A stretch of 64,000 nucleotides of DNA, taken from positions 12,126 to 76,125 of the forward strand of contig DATEPC010000108.1 in the NCBI GenBank assembly GCA_035273405.1, written 5' to 3'. Under the pieces are notes generated by a model. It was not told where the DNA came from, did not search any database, and saw only the letters and a list, made by a program, of their open reading frames with translations. The position numbers were made by a program, and so were the translations under genes. Source of the DNA: Pyrinomonadaceae bacterium. GTDB lineage: Bacteria; Acidobacteriota; Blastocatellia; Pyrinomonadales; Pyrinomonadaceae. Below, piece by piece: positions 9,144 to 19,100 of this stretch (position 1 is its first letter; each line of letters starts with the position of its first letter).

Positions 9144-10717
9144 ATGAAACCCCGCATGTTGTTGTGGGCTGTCGCCCTGATCGTCGCTTGTGATGTCATC
9201 AGTGACGCGTGTGAATTGCCCCCGGTTGACCCACCCCCATATAACACATTTCACAGTTGGGTACCTGGTCCACGTGTGGTGCTAGTCCATATTGATGACG
9301 ACTTTACCGTTAATCCTGCTATAGCCGAGCAATATCTTCGAGGTGTGCTTAACTGGAATATTTGGGGTCTTGTTGATTGTTCTTTCGTTGAATTTGTGCC
9401 AGCAGGGGTCCAGTCTTTCGGCCCTGAGACTTACCCCGATAGCTTTCGCGCGCCAGTTGGCCATGTATACATAATTAGCGTCCCGAATCTTAATTGTCCC
9501 AATGGTGGGTGTGTGCTCAGGACGAATGACCAAGGTCGGACTGTAGGTGCCAAAATAATGTTCGATCCTGCAGTTTGGGCAAACAACCAAAACTATTTCG
9601 TTGGTATTGGATACTATGCGTGGGCCGCGTCGCACGAGATTGGACATACTTTTGCCTTAAATCACCACCTGCCAGCACCGCAGGTCCGGGCGATTCTACT
9701 CAGGCCGGCTACGTTACCGAGAATCAATCGAGCAACCCGTATGCGGACAACACGAGTTTACCTACATTTTGCGATGCTGTGAGTATCGCGAGCATCTACT
9801 GCACGTGTATTCAGTACGATTGCCCGGATGATCACATTTGGAGCAGTGCATCCTGTGAGTGCGTACCATACACGGGGCCTCTTTGTACTACTTATGGATG
9901 GAATGGTACATGTCCGCCCAGTACGTCGCCGAATGGATTTGGAATGTGCTGCGGACAGGGCGCTTGCGAGTCTAATGGTTGGTTCTGGAACTTCACGAAC
10001 AGCACCTGTAATGAAGAGCCGCAATATTGTGAGTCGCGCTGCGCCCCATATTACCTGCTGGAAGGCGGCGCCTGCGCATCGCCGGTAGACTATTGCTCTG
10101 CCCAGTGGGGCTGTGGCTATGGCTTCACCGATGGAGGATCGGGGTGCTGCTGCGAGCCGACGCCTATTCTCATCGACATCAGCGGGAACGGATTCAGGCT
10201 GACGGATGCCTACACCGGGGTTCACTTCGACCTCGGCGGCGACGGACGCGCGGAGCCCACGGCTTGGACCGCAGCGGGAACAGACGACGCGTGGCTCTGC
10301 CTTGACCGCGATGGCAATGGACAAATTGACAGCGGTAAAGAGCTGTTTGGCAATTTCACCGATCAGCCACCGACGGCTGATCAGCCGAGGAACGGCTTCC
10401 TTGCCCTCGCCGAATACGACAACCCCGCAAATGGCGGCAATGGCGACGGCGTGATTGACAGCCGCGATGCCGCCTTCTCATCGTTGCGGCTGTGGCAGGA
10501 TCCAAACCATAACGGCATCTCCGAAGCGAACGAACTTCACACTTTGCCCGAATTGGACGTCTCTTCGATCTCGCTAAATTACAAAGAGTCGAAGAAGACC
10601 GACGAATTCGGTAACGCGCTTCGGTATCGGGCGAAGTTAATGGACTCGCACGGGAGACAAGCCGGACGTTGGGCTTGGGACGTGATCCTGCAAGTAAACC
10701 CCGCGCCAAAGCCGTAA
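9144..10717 (+). pseudogene. secreted metzincin-like zinc protease with Cys-rich and DxDxDG calcium-loop C-terminal region, interrupted by a frameshift
   Basis: ORF 9144..9782 has a signal/lipobox-like N-terminus and [11 protein letters not shown] (HExxHxxxxxH) at 9633-9665. Right after the motif, the plausible sequence continues in the frame of ORF 9575..10717 ([12 protein letters not shown]..., a Cys-rich block, then [24 protein letters not shown] loops). Confidence 0.55.
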
Positions 10718-10745
10718 CAGTTTTCCTTCACTTTGAAAACAAAAA

Positions 10746-10774
10746 GAGCAGCTCGGCGATGAACCGAACTGCTC
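10746..10774. terminator. hairpin between convergent genes (possible bidirectional terminator)
   Basis: gagcagctcgg-cgatgaa-ccgaactgctc, flanked by A-rich and T-rich tracts. Lies between stop 10717 (+) and stop 10797 (-). Confidence 0.4.
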
Positions 10775-10796
10775 AAATTAAGAAAATGCCGGTTAC

Positions 10797-12311
10797 TTAT
10801 TTGCCGGTGCCCTGGGGTTTGCCGTCAGCGTCAAAGACCACAACCGTTCCAAACTTCTCCAGGATGGATTTGATCTTCTTCGCGTCGCCGACTACGACGA
10901 TCTGCTGTGTCTGCGGATTGACGTACTGGCGCGCGACGCGCTGCACGTCATCGGCGGTGACGGCCATGACTTTCGCCGGGTAAGTTTCCCAATAGTCGTC
11001 CGGCAAACCGTAAATCTTGCGAGTGATCGAATAGCTCAGAAGGTCCGTCGCGCTCTCGAGCGATAGCGCAAAGCTCGCAACGATTGAGCGTTTTTGTTCT
11101 TCCAGTTCTTCGGCAGGAACTTTTTCGTCCCGGATGCGATTCAGCTCTTTCATGAACTCAGTCATCGCGCCTTCGGTGACTTCAGTGCGCACGTCGCCGC
11201 CCGCTGACCATGGGCCGGAGTATTTCACCGCGGTGAAGTTGCTGTAGACCCCGTACGTGTAGCCCTTCTCTTCGCGCAGATTGAGAAACAGCCGCGCCGA
11301 GGCGCCGCCGCCGACGATGCTGTTCATCACGACGACAGGAATGTAGTCAGCATGACGGCGATCGATGGCAATGTTGCCCATCGTGATCGTCGATTGCACG
11401 GAGTTTGGCCGGTCAATAAGGTAAATTTTCGCGTCGGTCACGGGCTTCGGATTTGCCGGCAAACTTTCTTTGTAGTCCGAGCGCTTCCAGCCGGCCAGTG
11501 CCGTCTTTAGCTTCGCAATGACCTCCGAAGCCTTCACGTCGCCCGCGATGGCGAGAATTGCATTCTGCGGCACATAACGTTCGCGGTGCCACGTAGCGAG
11601 CATTTCCGGCGTCAGCGAATCAAGCACCGCCGGAGTCGTCGAAAAAACGGCCGCGGGATGATTCCCGTAAACGACGCGCCTGAATCGTTCCTGGGAAAGA
11701 AAATTAGGCTGCGTGCGCTGTTGCATTAGGGCGGTTTTTTGACGCTGCTTCAGCTTTCCAAACTCGTCGGCCGGAAAACTCGGATTCATCAACATATCAG
11801 CCATCAGCCCGAACCACTGATCGAAGTTGTCGGACAGCCCTGAAGCGCTGATCGACGCGGCCGTCGAGCCGAAACCCGAATTGGCGCCCAGCGTCGCGCC
11901 GAGTTTGTCTACGTCTTCAGCGATCTGGCGGCTGTTGCGTGTCTTCGTTCCTTCGCGCAGCATCTGCGCCGTCAGGTTGGCGAGTCCGGGCTTGTCTGCC
12001 GGATCAAAAATCGGCCCCGCGCCGCTTATCGTCAAATTCATGTTGACGACGGGAAAGCGAGGGTCTTCCAGGATCATCACCGTCAAGCCGTTGTCGAGTG
12101 TCGCTTCGACGGGCTTCCGTAACTTAACGCGCAAGACTTCTTTCGAGACCGGCGCGCGGTTCTTTCGTTCGACCTTGCTGCGTGAGGTGCCCTTGTCCTG
12201 TCCTGGCGCGGGCTGTTGTGCTCGCAAAGGAGCAACGGCTGATGCGATGAAAGCGAATGCGACCAGGGTCGCGGCAATTGTTTTAAGTTTCAATGGATTC
12301 AGGTACTTCAT
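10797..12311 (-). CDS. M16 family peptidase, non-catalytic (beta-like) subunit
   Basis: Start ATG 12311 (MKYLNPLK) is preceded by GGAGGAG. Signal peptide present. Has the insulinase-fold layout but lacks HxxEH (GLANLTAQMLREGT occupies that position). Confidence 0.8.
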   Translation of the reverse strand: MKYLNPLKLKTIAATLVAFAFIASAVAPLRAQQPAPGQDKGTSRSKVERKNRAPVSKEVLRVKLRKPVEATLDNGLTVMILEDPRFPVVNMNLTISGAGPIFDPADKPGLANLTAQMLREGTKTRNSRQIAEDVDKLGATLGANSGFGSTAASISASGLSDNFDQWFGLMADMLMNPSFPADEFGKLKQRQKTALMQQRTQPNFLSQERFRRVVYGNHPAAVFSTTPAVLDSLTPEMLATWHRERYVPQNAILAIAGDVKASEVIAKLKTALAGWKRSDYKESLPANPKPVTDAKIYLIDRPNSVQSTITMGNIAIDRRHADYIPVVVMNSIVGGGASARLFLNLREEKGYTYGVYSNFTAVKYSGPWSAGGDVRTEVTEGAMTEFMKELNRIRDEKVPAEELEEQKRSIVASFALSLESATDLLSYSITRKIYGLPDDYWETYPAKVMAVTADDVQRVARQYVNPQTQQIVVVGDAKKIKSILEKFGTVVVFDADGKPQGTGK

Positions 12312-12377
12312 TTCTCCTCCTGACAAATCTACCTAATCAGGTTGTAAGCCGCCGACGAATCAGCAGGCATGATTTCG

Positions 12378-13772
12378 CTATTTAGAACCGGTAGTCGGTG
12401 CGGTCGCACGCGGCTTCGGCACAGTGGTAATCACTGTGCGGTTCGTATCCTTAAAGTAAGTGCGCGCCACGCGTTGAATATCCTCTTTCGTGACGCTGTT
12501 GAATTTGCCTTCGATCTCGTTGATGAGATTGGCGTCGCCGTAATACACCGCGTAAGTTCCGAGGCTGACGGCCCGGCTCAAAGTGCCCTGCAACGCCTGC
12601 GCGCGCGACCGGCGGATACCCATGCGGACCTTGTCAATTTCCCAATCGGCGACCGGCTCATTCTTCACGCGCTCGATCTCTTCGTAGATCGCTTTCTCGA
12701 CATCCGCGAGTTGCTTGCCGGGAGGTGCGATTGCGGTCACCGAGAAGAGCGATGGCCCGCGACGTTCCTGCGCGCCTGCGCCTACTTGCGCCGCCAGTTC
12801 GCGCTCTTTGACCAGCTTCTGGTACAGACGCGACGACTGGCCGCTGGACAAAATCTGTCCGAGCAAGCTCAGCGCGTAGTAATCAGTCGTGTTGCCTTGC
12901 GGAATCTTGTAGACAATGTCCACGCGCGGTGTGCGCGCGAAGCCGTCGTCGATATTCGCGCGCCGCTCGGCTTTTTGTTCCGGTTCAGTCATGTCGGGCG
13001 GGGGCGGTTGCGGTTGCGAGGGGATCGCTTCGAAATACTTCTTCACCTTGGCGAGGGCTTCGTCGGTCTTAAAGTCGCCCACCAGGGTCAGCACTGCATT
13101 GTTCGGCGCGTAGTAGATCCGGAAGAAGTCGGCCACGTCCTTCACTTCCGCAGCATTCAGGTCGGCCATCGAGCCAATCGTCGAATGCTTGTAGGCGAAG
13201 TTGTCGTAGGCAGTGTCCAGAATTGTCTCGAAAGTCTTGCCGTACGGCGCGTTGTCAACACCAAGCCGTCGCTCTTCCTGCACTGCATTACGCTGGTTGT
13301 CCAGGTTGGCCTGGTTGATGACCAGACTCTTCATGCGATCGGCTTCGAGGAACAGGCCGAGGTCGAGCTGGTTAGCCGGCAGCGCCTGAAAATAGTTCGT
13401 GCGGTCCTGGTTGGTCGTGCCGTTCATCGAGCCGCCGTTCATGTCAACCAGAATGAAGTGCTCGCCTTTGCCGACATTCTCTGAACCCTGAAACATCATG
13501 TGCTCAAACAAGTGCGCAAAGCCGGTGCGGCCCTGGCGCTCGTCGCGAGAGCCGACGTTGTACGTAATCGCAATCGCGTAAGTCGGCGCCGAATGATCTT
13601 CGGACATGATCACTCGCAGTCCGTTCTTAAGCTTGAATTCGCGAATCGGAATTCTGCTCGACTTGGTGGCGGATGCCGATTTCCCACCCTGTGCGAAAAC
13701 GGCGATTGGTAAAGCGGCGCAAACGAGCGCCGACAAGACGACGAAACTGAGAAAGAACCGATGCAGCTTCAT
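12378..13772 (-). CDS. M16 family zinc peptidase, catalytic subunit
   Basis: Signal peptide present. HxxEH zinc motif in GFAHLFEHMMFQGSENV. Lies in tandem with the second M16 gene. Confidence 0.85.
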   Translation of the reverse strand: MKLHRFFLSFVVLSALVCAALPIAVFAQGGKSASATKSSRIPIREFKLKNGLRVIMSEDHSAPTYAIAITYNVGSRDERQGRTGFAHLFEHMMFQGSENVGKGEHFILVDMNGGSMNGTTNQDRTNYFQALPANQLDLGLFLEADRMKSLVINQANLDNQRNAVQEERRLGVDNAPYGKTFETILDTAYDNFAYKHSTIGSMADLNAAEVKDVADFFRIYYAPNNAVLTLVGDFKTDEALAKVKKYFEAIPSQPQPPPPDMTEPEQKAERRANIDDGFARTPRVDIVYKIPQGNTTDYYALSLLGQILSSGQSSRLYQKLVKERELAAQVGAGAQERRGPSLFSVTAIAPPGKQLADVEKAIYEEIERVKNEPVADWEIDKVRMGIRRSRAQALQGTLSRAVSLGTYAVYYGDANLINEIEGKFNSVTKEDIQRVARTYFKDTNRTVITTVPKPRATAPTTGSK

Positions 13773-14039
13773 GACTGAAAACTCCTGAATTTATTCAATT
13801 GGGGACGTTTGGCGCCCGTGGACCCGACGCCACATTTCTAAACCCGAAAGCGTACTTGAGAATCTAATCGTGACCACGTGTAGTGTCAAGGACGCAAGCG
13901 AAAGACGCATAGCGCAGTTTGTCGAGGTAGTTCGGCAACCGCCGCACCTTCCCAGCCATCAAAACGAGGCCCAAGGTCCTCGAATTTAATGGCTCAGTAA
14001 ACCATGCAATAATGCGTGTAAGAACCTAACTCGTCAGCT

Positions 14040-16091
14040 ATGTTTAGAACAAAACTACTTTCCCTGATTGGCTCTGCTCTCGCCGTCGTGGCTTTTGCGA
14101 GCGCCGCAAATGCCCAACAACCAGCGGTCGCCGGCACGCGCTACGACATCACGAATTACCGGATTGAAGTGCAACTTCAGCCGGATGACCACACACTCCG
14201 CGCCGGGGCTGACGTCACTTTAACGCCGCTCGAGGCCACTCGTTCCGTTGTTTTTGAGCTGAACGGCTCATTAAAGGTGAACTCGGTCGAGAAAGATGGC
14301 CGGGCGTTGCCGGGAATTGTCCAGGACCCCGTCGGGGCCGGCGCTCTCGGACCTAACGTCCGAATCGATTTAGGGGAAGTGGTTCCCGCGGGACAGCCGG
14401 TGACCCTGCGAATTCGCTGGGGTGGCGCACTGATTTCGCCGGAAGGTGGCCCGCTGGCGAACAAGCGGCTCGCGTATGTCGGCACGGAAGGCTCGTACCT
14501 GATGTACGCGGCGCGTTGGTTCCCGTTTCACGACTACATGGCTGACCGCGCGACGTCGGACATCACCGTCATCGTCCCGACTGGAGTGCAAGTGGGCGGC
14601 ATCAGTGACGAGCCGGTGAATCCGCAAGTCGATAAGAGCGGCACCACCAAGTTTCGTTTCGTTCAGAAGACGCCGCAGTTAGTTGGGAACTTCGTCGCCG
14701 GACAGTTCATTACCCGGAGTCTTCGTTTCGGGCGGTACGAGCTGCAGTTCTTTGTTAAGCCCGGCAGTGAAAATCGCATCACGCCGTTCGGCGAGTTGAT
14801 GGGCCGCGCGCTCGACTTCTACACCAAGCAGTACGGCACGCCCGCGTTCGGCACGCGCATGATCATCGCGCAGACTGACGATGAAGCCTTCGAAGCGTAT
14901 TCGGGACTTGGCTTGCTGTTCCTCGCGTCGAGGTTTTTCGAAGGCCGCACGACTCCCGAAGATCGTTTACAACGAGAGATTGCCTATCAATGGTGGGGGC
15001 AGACCGTCGGATTGAAATCGTTTGACGACGCCTGGGTTTCGCAGGGCCTCGCCGAGTGGAGCGCGTTCGCGTTCCGCCAATCAACATTGACCGGGGCTCA
15101 ACTCGATGCGGCGCAACGCGAAGAACAGGAACGCGCACTCACTTTTGAGCAGACTTCATCGATCGCGCGCGCGCCGGCGTCCCTCGACGATCAATCGGCG
15201 GCTTACCAATCGATCGTCTTTTACAAAGGCGCGATGGTCTTCAGCATGTTGCGCGAGACCCTGGGCGCCGAAAAGTTTGAAGAGCTGCTGGCGCGATTTG
15301 TGGAGCAGTTCCGCAACAAAAATGCTTCGGTTGACGATTTCGAGAGGCTGACAACTCAGGTCGCGGGCCGCAACATGCGCTACTTTTTTGCGCAATGGCT
15401 GGAAGGCACAGGCGTCCCTGAGTTCAGCGTGGATTATCAAATCATCCGCACACGCAACGGCAAGTTCCGCACGCGCGGCACGGTGCGGCAGAATTTCGAA
15501 AATCTCAACATGCCGGTTGATCTGACGCTGCGTTCCGAAGGCGGGGACGCGCAGACTAAGAAACTGATTTTCGCCGGCCGCAGCGAAGACTTCGACTTTG
15601 AATCAGGCGGCCAGCCGATCGCGGCCGAAGTCGATCCAAACAATAAAATCCTGCGCATGTCCGACGATTTGAAAGTCTCAATCGTCGCGCGTCGGGGCAT
15701 CGAGCTGTTCAAGGATGGCCAGTACGCCGAAGCCCAGCAGCAGATGGAATCAGCGCTGAAGCTGGATCGAAACAACGCCTGGGTCTATTACAACCTCGCG
15801 CTGATTTATTTCGAACAGAAGAATTGGCAACTGGCGCTGGACAATTTTCAGGCGGCCATCGATTCGACCAGCAGCAAGCCCAACTGGATCGACGCGTGGG
15901 CGCACATCAAGCGCGGCAATGCGTACGATGCGAAGGGCGATCGCAACAAGGCGGTGTTCGAATACAACAAGGCCCTGCAAACCGGCACCAACTACGACAA
16001 CGCGCAAGCCGTTGCCAAAAAATTCATCGAGACTCCGTTCGATCCGAAGACTCCCGCTGAAACAGTACAGGCCACACCAGGCAGCCAGTGA
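14040..16091 (+). CDS. M1 aminopeptidase-like protein with substituted zinc ligands, plus C-terminal TPR
   Basis: Signal peptide present. Has the M1 architecture, but the HExxH-x18-E motif reads REIAYQWWG...WVSQGLAEW, and GAMEN is replaced by EAYSG. The C-terminus has TPR repeats (AWVYYNLALIYFEQKNWQLALDNFQAAI). Confidence 0.75.
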   Translation: MFRTKLLSLIGSALAVVAFASAANAQQPAVAGTRYDITNYRIEVQLQPDDHTLRAGADVTLTPLEATRSVVFELNGSLKVNSVEKDGRALPGIVQDPVGAGALGPNVRIDLGEVVPAGQPVTLRIRWGGALISPEGGPLANKRLAYVGTEGSYLMYAARWFPFHDYMADRATSDITVIVPTGVQVGGISDEPVNPQVDKSGTTKFRFVQKTPQLVGNFVAGQFITRSLRFGRYELQFFVKPGSENRITPFGELMGRALDFYTKQYGTPAFGTRMIIAQTDDEAFEAYSGLGLLFLASRFFEGRTTPEDRLQREIAYQWWGQTVGLKSFDDAWVSQGLAEWSAFAFRQSTLTGAQLDAAQREEQERALTFEQTSSIARAPASLDDQSAAYQSIVFYKGAMVFSMLRETLGAEKFEELLARFVEQFRNKNASVDDFERLTTQVAGRNMRYFFAQWLEGTGVPEFSVDYQIIRTRNGKFRTRGTVRQNFENLNMPVDLTLRSEGGDAQTKKLIFAGRSEDFDFESGGQPIAAEVDPNNKILRMSDDLKVSIVARRGIELFKDGQYAEAQQQMESALKLDRNNAWVYYNLALIYFEQKNWQLALDNFQAAIDSTSSKPNWIDAWAHIKRGNAYDAKGDRNKAVFEYNKALQTGTNYDNAQAVAKKFIETPFDPKTPAETVQATPGSQ

Positions 16092-16117
16092 TTTGGAGTC
16101 GGCAAGAAGCCGCGAGC

Positions 16118-16173
16118 GCGACACCGCTTTGGATGTTTGATAGCATTGCCCATCCAAAACGGTGTCGCTTTTT
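16118..16173 (+). terminator. rho-independent terminator
   Basis: Stem gcgacaccgctttggatg / catccaaaacggtgtcgc (about 17 bp with one bulge), followed by TTTTT. Confidence 0.55.
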
Positions 16174-16193
16174 GGCGCACTCCATAATGTTCG

Positions 16194-19100
16194 ATGGCTC
16201 ACACATCACCCGGAACGTCACCCGAACTCAAACCTGAACAAGCCGTCGCCGCGCACACACTCGATCGCCACCTTTCCGTGACGGCCGGTCCGGGCGCGGG
16301 AAAGACCAGAGTTCTCGTCCAGCGCTACCTGGAAATTCTCCGCACCGAAAACGCCTCAGTCGATAACATCGTTGCGATTACTTTTACGAATCGTGCAGCG
16401 AATGAAATGCGCGAGCGTGTGCGTGGCGCGATTGACGATTTGCTGGGCCGAGCAGCGCCGGACGAACGCGAGCGCTGGCTGCGTCACAAGCGGACGCTTG
16501 AAGGCGCCGTCATCACGACCATCCACGGTTTCTGCTCGCGCCTCCTGCACGAGTTTCCGGTCGAAGCGAACATCGACCCGCAGTTTGTGCTGCTCGATGA
16601 GCAGCAAGCGACGATGATGCTCGAAGCGGTCGTCGACGACGCGTTGAGCAATGCCATCCATCACGGTAATGAAAAGATAGTGAAACTCGCTCAGGGCGTC
16701 GGCGGTCGCGGGGTTTTGTCCGGCGTGTTGGCTGAGCTTTACAAGAACTACCGCGGCGAAGGCTTGACCATCAGCGAGATAAGACGGCGCGCGGCGATTA
16801 ATCACCTGACTCCTGACGACTACGGCGCAGCTTTTCGCGAACTCGACGCGCGTATGTCCGAGTTGCTCAGTGATCGAGTGAAGACACCGACGGCGCGCGA
16901 AGAGCAGTCGAAGTTCGCCGGCGAGTGGCCTCGCGTTCGTGCGATCGTGTCGCAACCGCCGTCTGAGCAGACTACAGCGACGTACTGTCAGGCAATCGAG
17001 GACTTCCGCGACGTTCGGCCACGCAAGAACGTCATCAAGAAAATCGCCACAATAGATCGCCTGTTGTGGGGCGAAGATTCGACTGCTGACGATCGGTTCG
17101 CGGGCAAAGTCCCTCGTGTCGCGTTCGATCTGCTGGCGAAGGATTACGCCCTGGCGGTGCTGAACCTGATACAGGAGATCGAAAGCCGTCTAACTGAAGA
17201 GAAACAGAAACTCTCCGTGGTGGATTTTGATGACTTGCAGCTCCGGACGCTGAGGTTACTCAACGAGCATCCGCAGTTGATGACTCGGATTTCGGAGCGT
17301 TACCGTTTTTTCCTGGTCGATGAGTTCCAGGACACGAACGGCTTGCAGCGTGATTTGATGTTGAAGCTGGGCCTGCGGACCGGGGCGAACCTTTTCATCG
17401 TCGGCGATCGTAAGCAGTCAATCTACGGATTTCGCGGCGCGGATGTTGACGTGTTCCGCGAAATGACCGACGCGATCAAAGCCGCGGGCGGCATCCAGCA
17501 ACCTCTGCATTTGAACTTTCGCAGCCAGCGCCCGTTGATCGACTGTCTCAACTTCGTTTTCGCGAAGACTTTCCAGCCGTCCCGACAAGTCGGGATTCCG
17601 CCCGAACAGTTACCGGAACTCGGTTACGTGGAACACGAAGCCAGCGTTGCCGAACGCGAAGCGCGCGACGCGCCGCCTTTGGTTGAGTTTCTCTTCAGCA
17701 TCTTGCCTGACCGCCAATCAGCAGATTCCGAGGACGAAGTCCAGAGTCGGTACGAAAGCCGCGACGCCCGCGAGCGTGACGCCGTTCAACTGGTCTCGAG
17801 AATTCAGGAACTAGCTGGGGGTACGCACGCGTCCCGCGTGCTCGGAAAAGAGAAAGCCGGCACGCCAGAGACGCGCGTACCCTTCAATTACGGCAACATT
17901 GCTGTGCTGTTTCGCGCGCTCACCGGCGTCGGCATTTACGAAAGCGCGCTGCGTCGCGCGGGCATTCCGTACCTCACCGTTCAGGGCAAAGGCTTCTATC
18001 AGCGCGAAGAGATCACTGACCTGATTCAGCTGCTGCGGTTTCTCGATAACACGACGGATGAAATCGCTTTGGCGGCCGTGTTGCGCTCACCAGTTGGCGG
18101 CATTTCAGACAACGCGCTATTTGCGCTGCGTTCGGCGCCCCTGGTTGGCGAGACAACCGACGGCAAAAAGTTGCCGCGCAGAAACCTTTGGCGCGCAGTG
18201 CGACAGCATCGCGATATTCAGTTCATCGATGAAGAAGAGCATGCGGAACTCGATCGCGTCGCGACGTTCCTCGGCGACATGATTGAGCGACGCAGCCGAT
18301 ACTCGATCGCCGACTTGCTGCGTCACGCGGTTGCGGCCACAGATTTCATGGCGGTAATTGCGGCGAACTTCGACGGCGCGCATCGAATCGCGAACGTCGA
18401 GAAACTTTTTCGCCTGGCGGAAGCGTTTGAAAAATCAGGCGAGCTTATTCGTGACTTTGTGCACTACGTCGAGAAGTTCGAGGAGATCGGCGGGCGCGAG
18501 ACTGAAGGGCAGATCGACAAAACTGCGAACGTAGTGCGGTTAATGACCATCCATCAGGCGAAGGGTCTCGAGTTTCCCGTTGTCATTCTTCCGGATCTAC
18601 AGCGTTACGCGTCGTCCCAGCGCGACAATTCGCTATTTGTCCTGGATCGGCACAGAGGATTCAGTGTGGCCGTGCCGGACGGCCGCGGCGGCGTGGTGCG
18701 AGGTGCGACCTTCAAGGAACTGCGGCAACGCGCGGGTTGGCGCGAAGAATTCGAGAGCATGCGACTTTTGTATGTCGCCGCCACGCGCGCGGAAGATCGT
18801 CTGATTTTCTCAGGCGCGGCCGCCGAGAAAGAGTTGAAGAACTTAAGGCAGACAAAAAGCGAGCGTTGGCTGGCGTGGTTGTGGCAGGCTTTGGAACTCG
18901 ATGAGCATCCGCAAACCGGAGTCCTTGAGTTTGGCAATGACGTCCAGATCGATCTGCGCGTGAGCCGCGAACCGGCTGAGAGCCCGAGTGTGCTGCCCGC
19001 AAATTCGACGGTTTCGTCAACGATCGATCCATCTCAACCGCTCGCTGAAATCTTTCCGCTGCTAAGACCGGTCGAAGCTGAACGCGGAACCACACTGCGC

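Noticed and set aside
12369-13484. 371-aa ORF on the plus strand
   Set aside because: It is entirely antisense to the M16 peptidase gene, which has a clear HxxEH motif. Its composition is Arg/Leu/Val-rich and typical of shadow ORFs in GC-rich DNA. The same reasoning applies to 5974..6621, 7035..7655, 16356..16955, 19236..19727, 21426..21941, 29777..30214, 34276..34839, 35303..35851, 37184..37756, 45423..45923 and 50463..50933.
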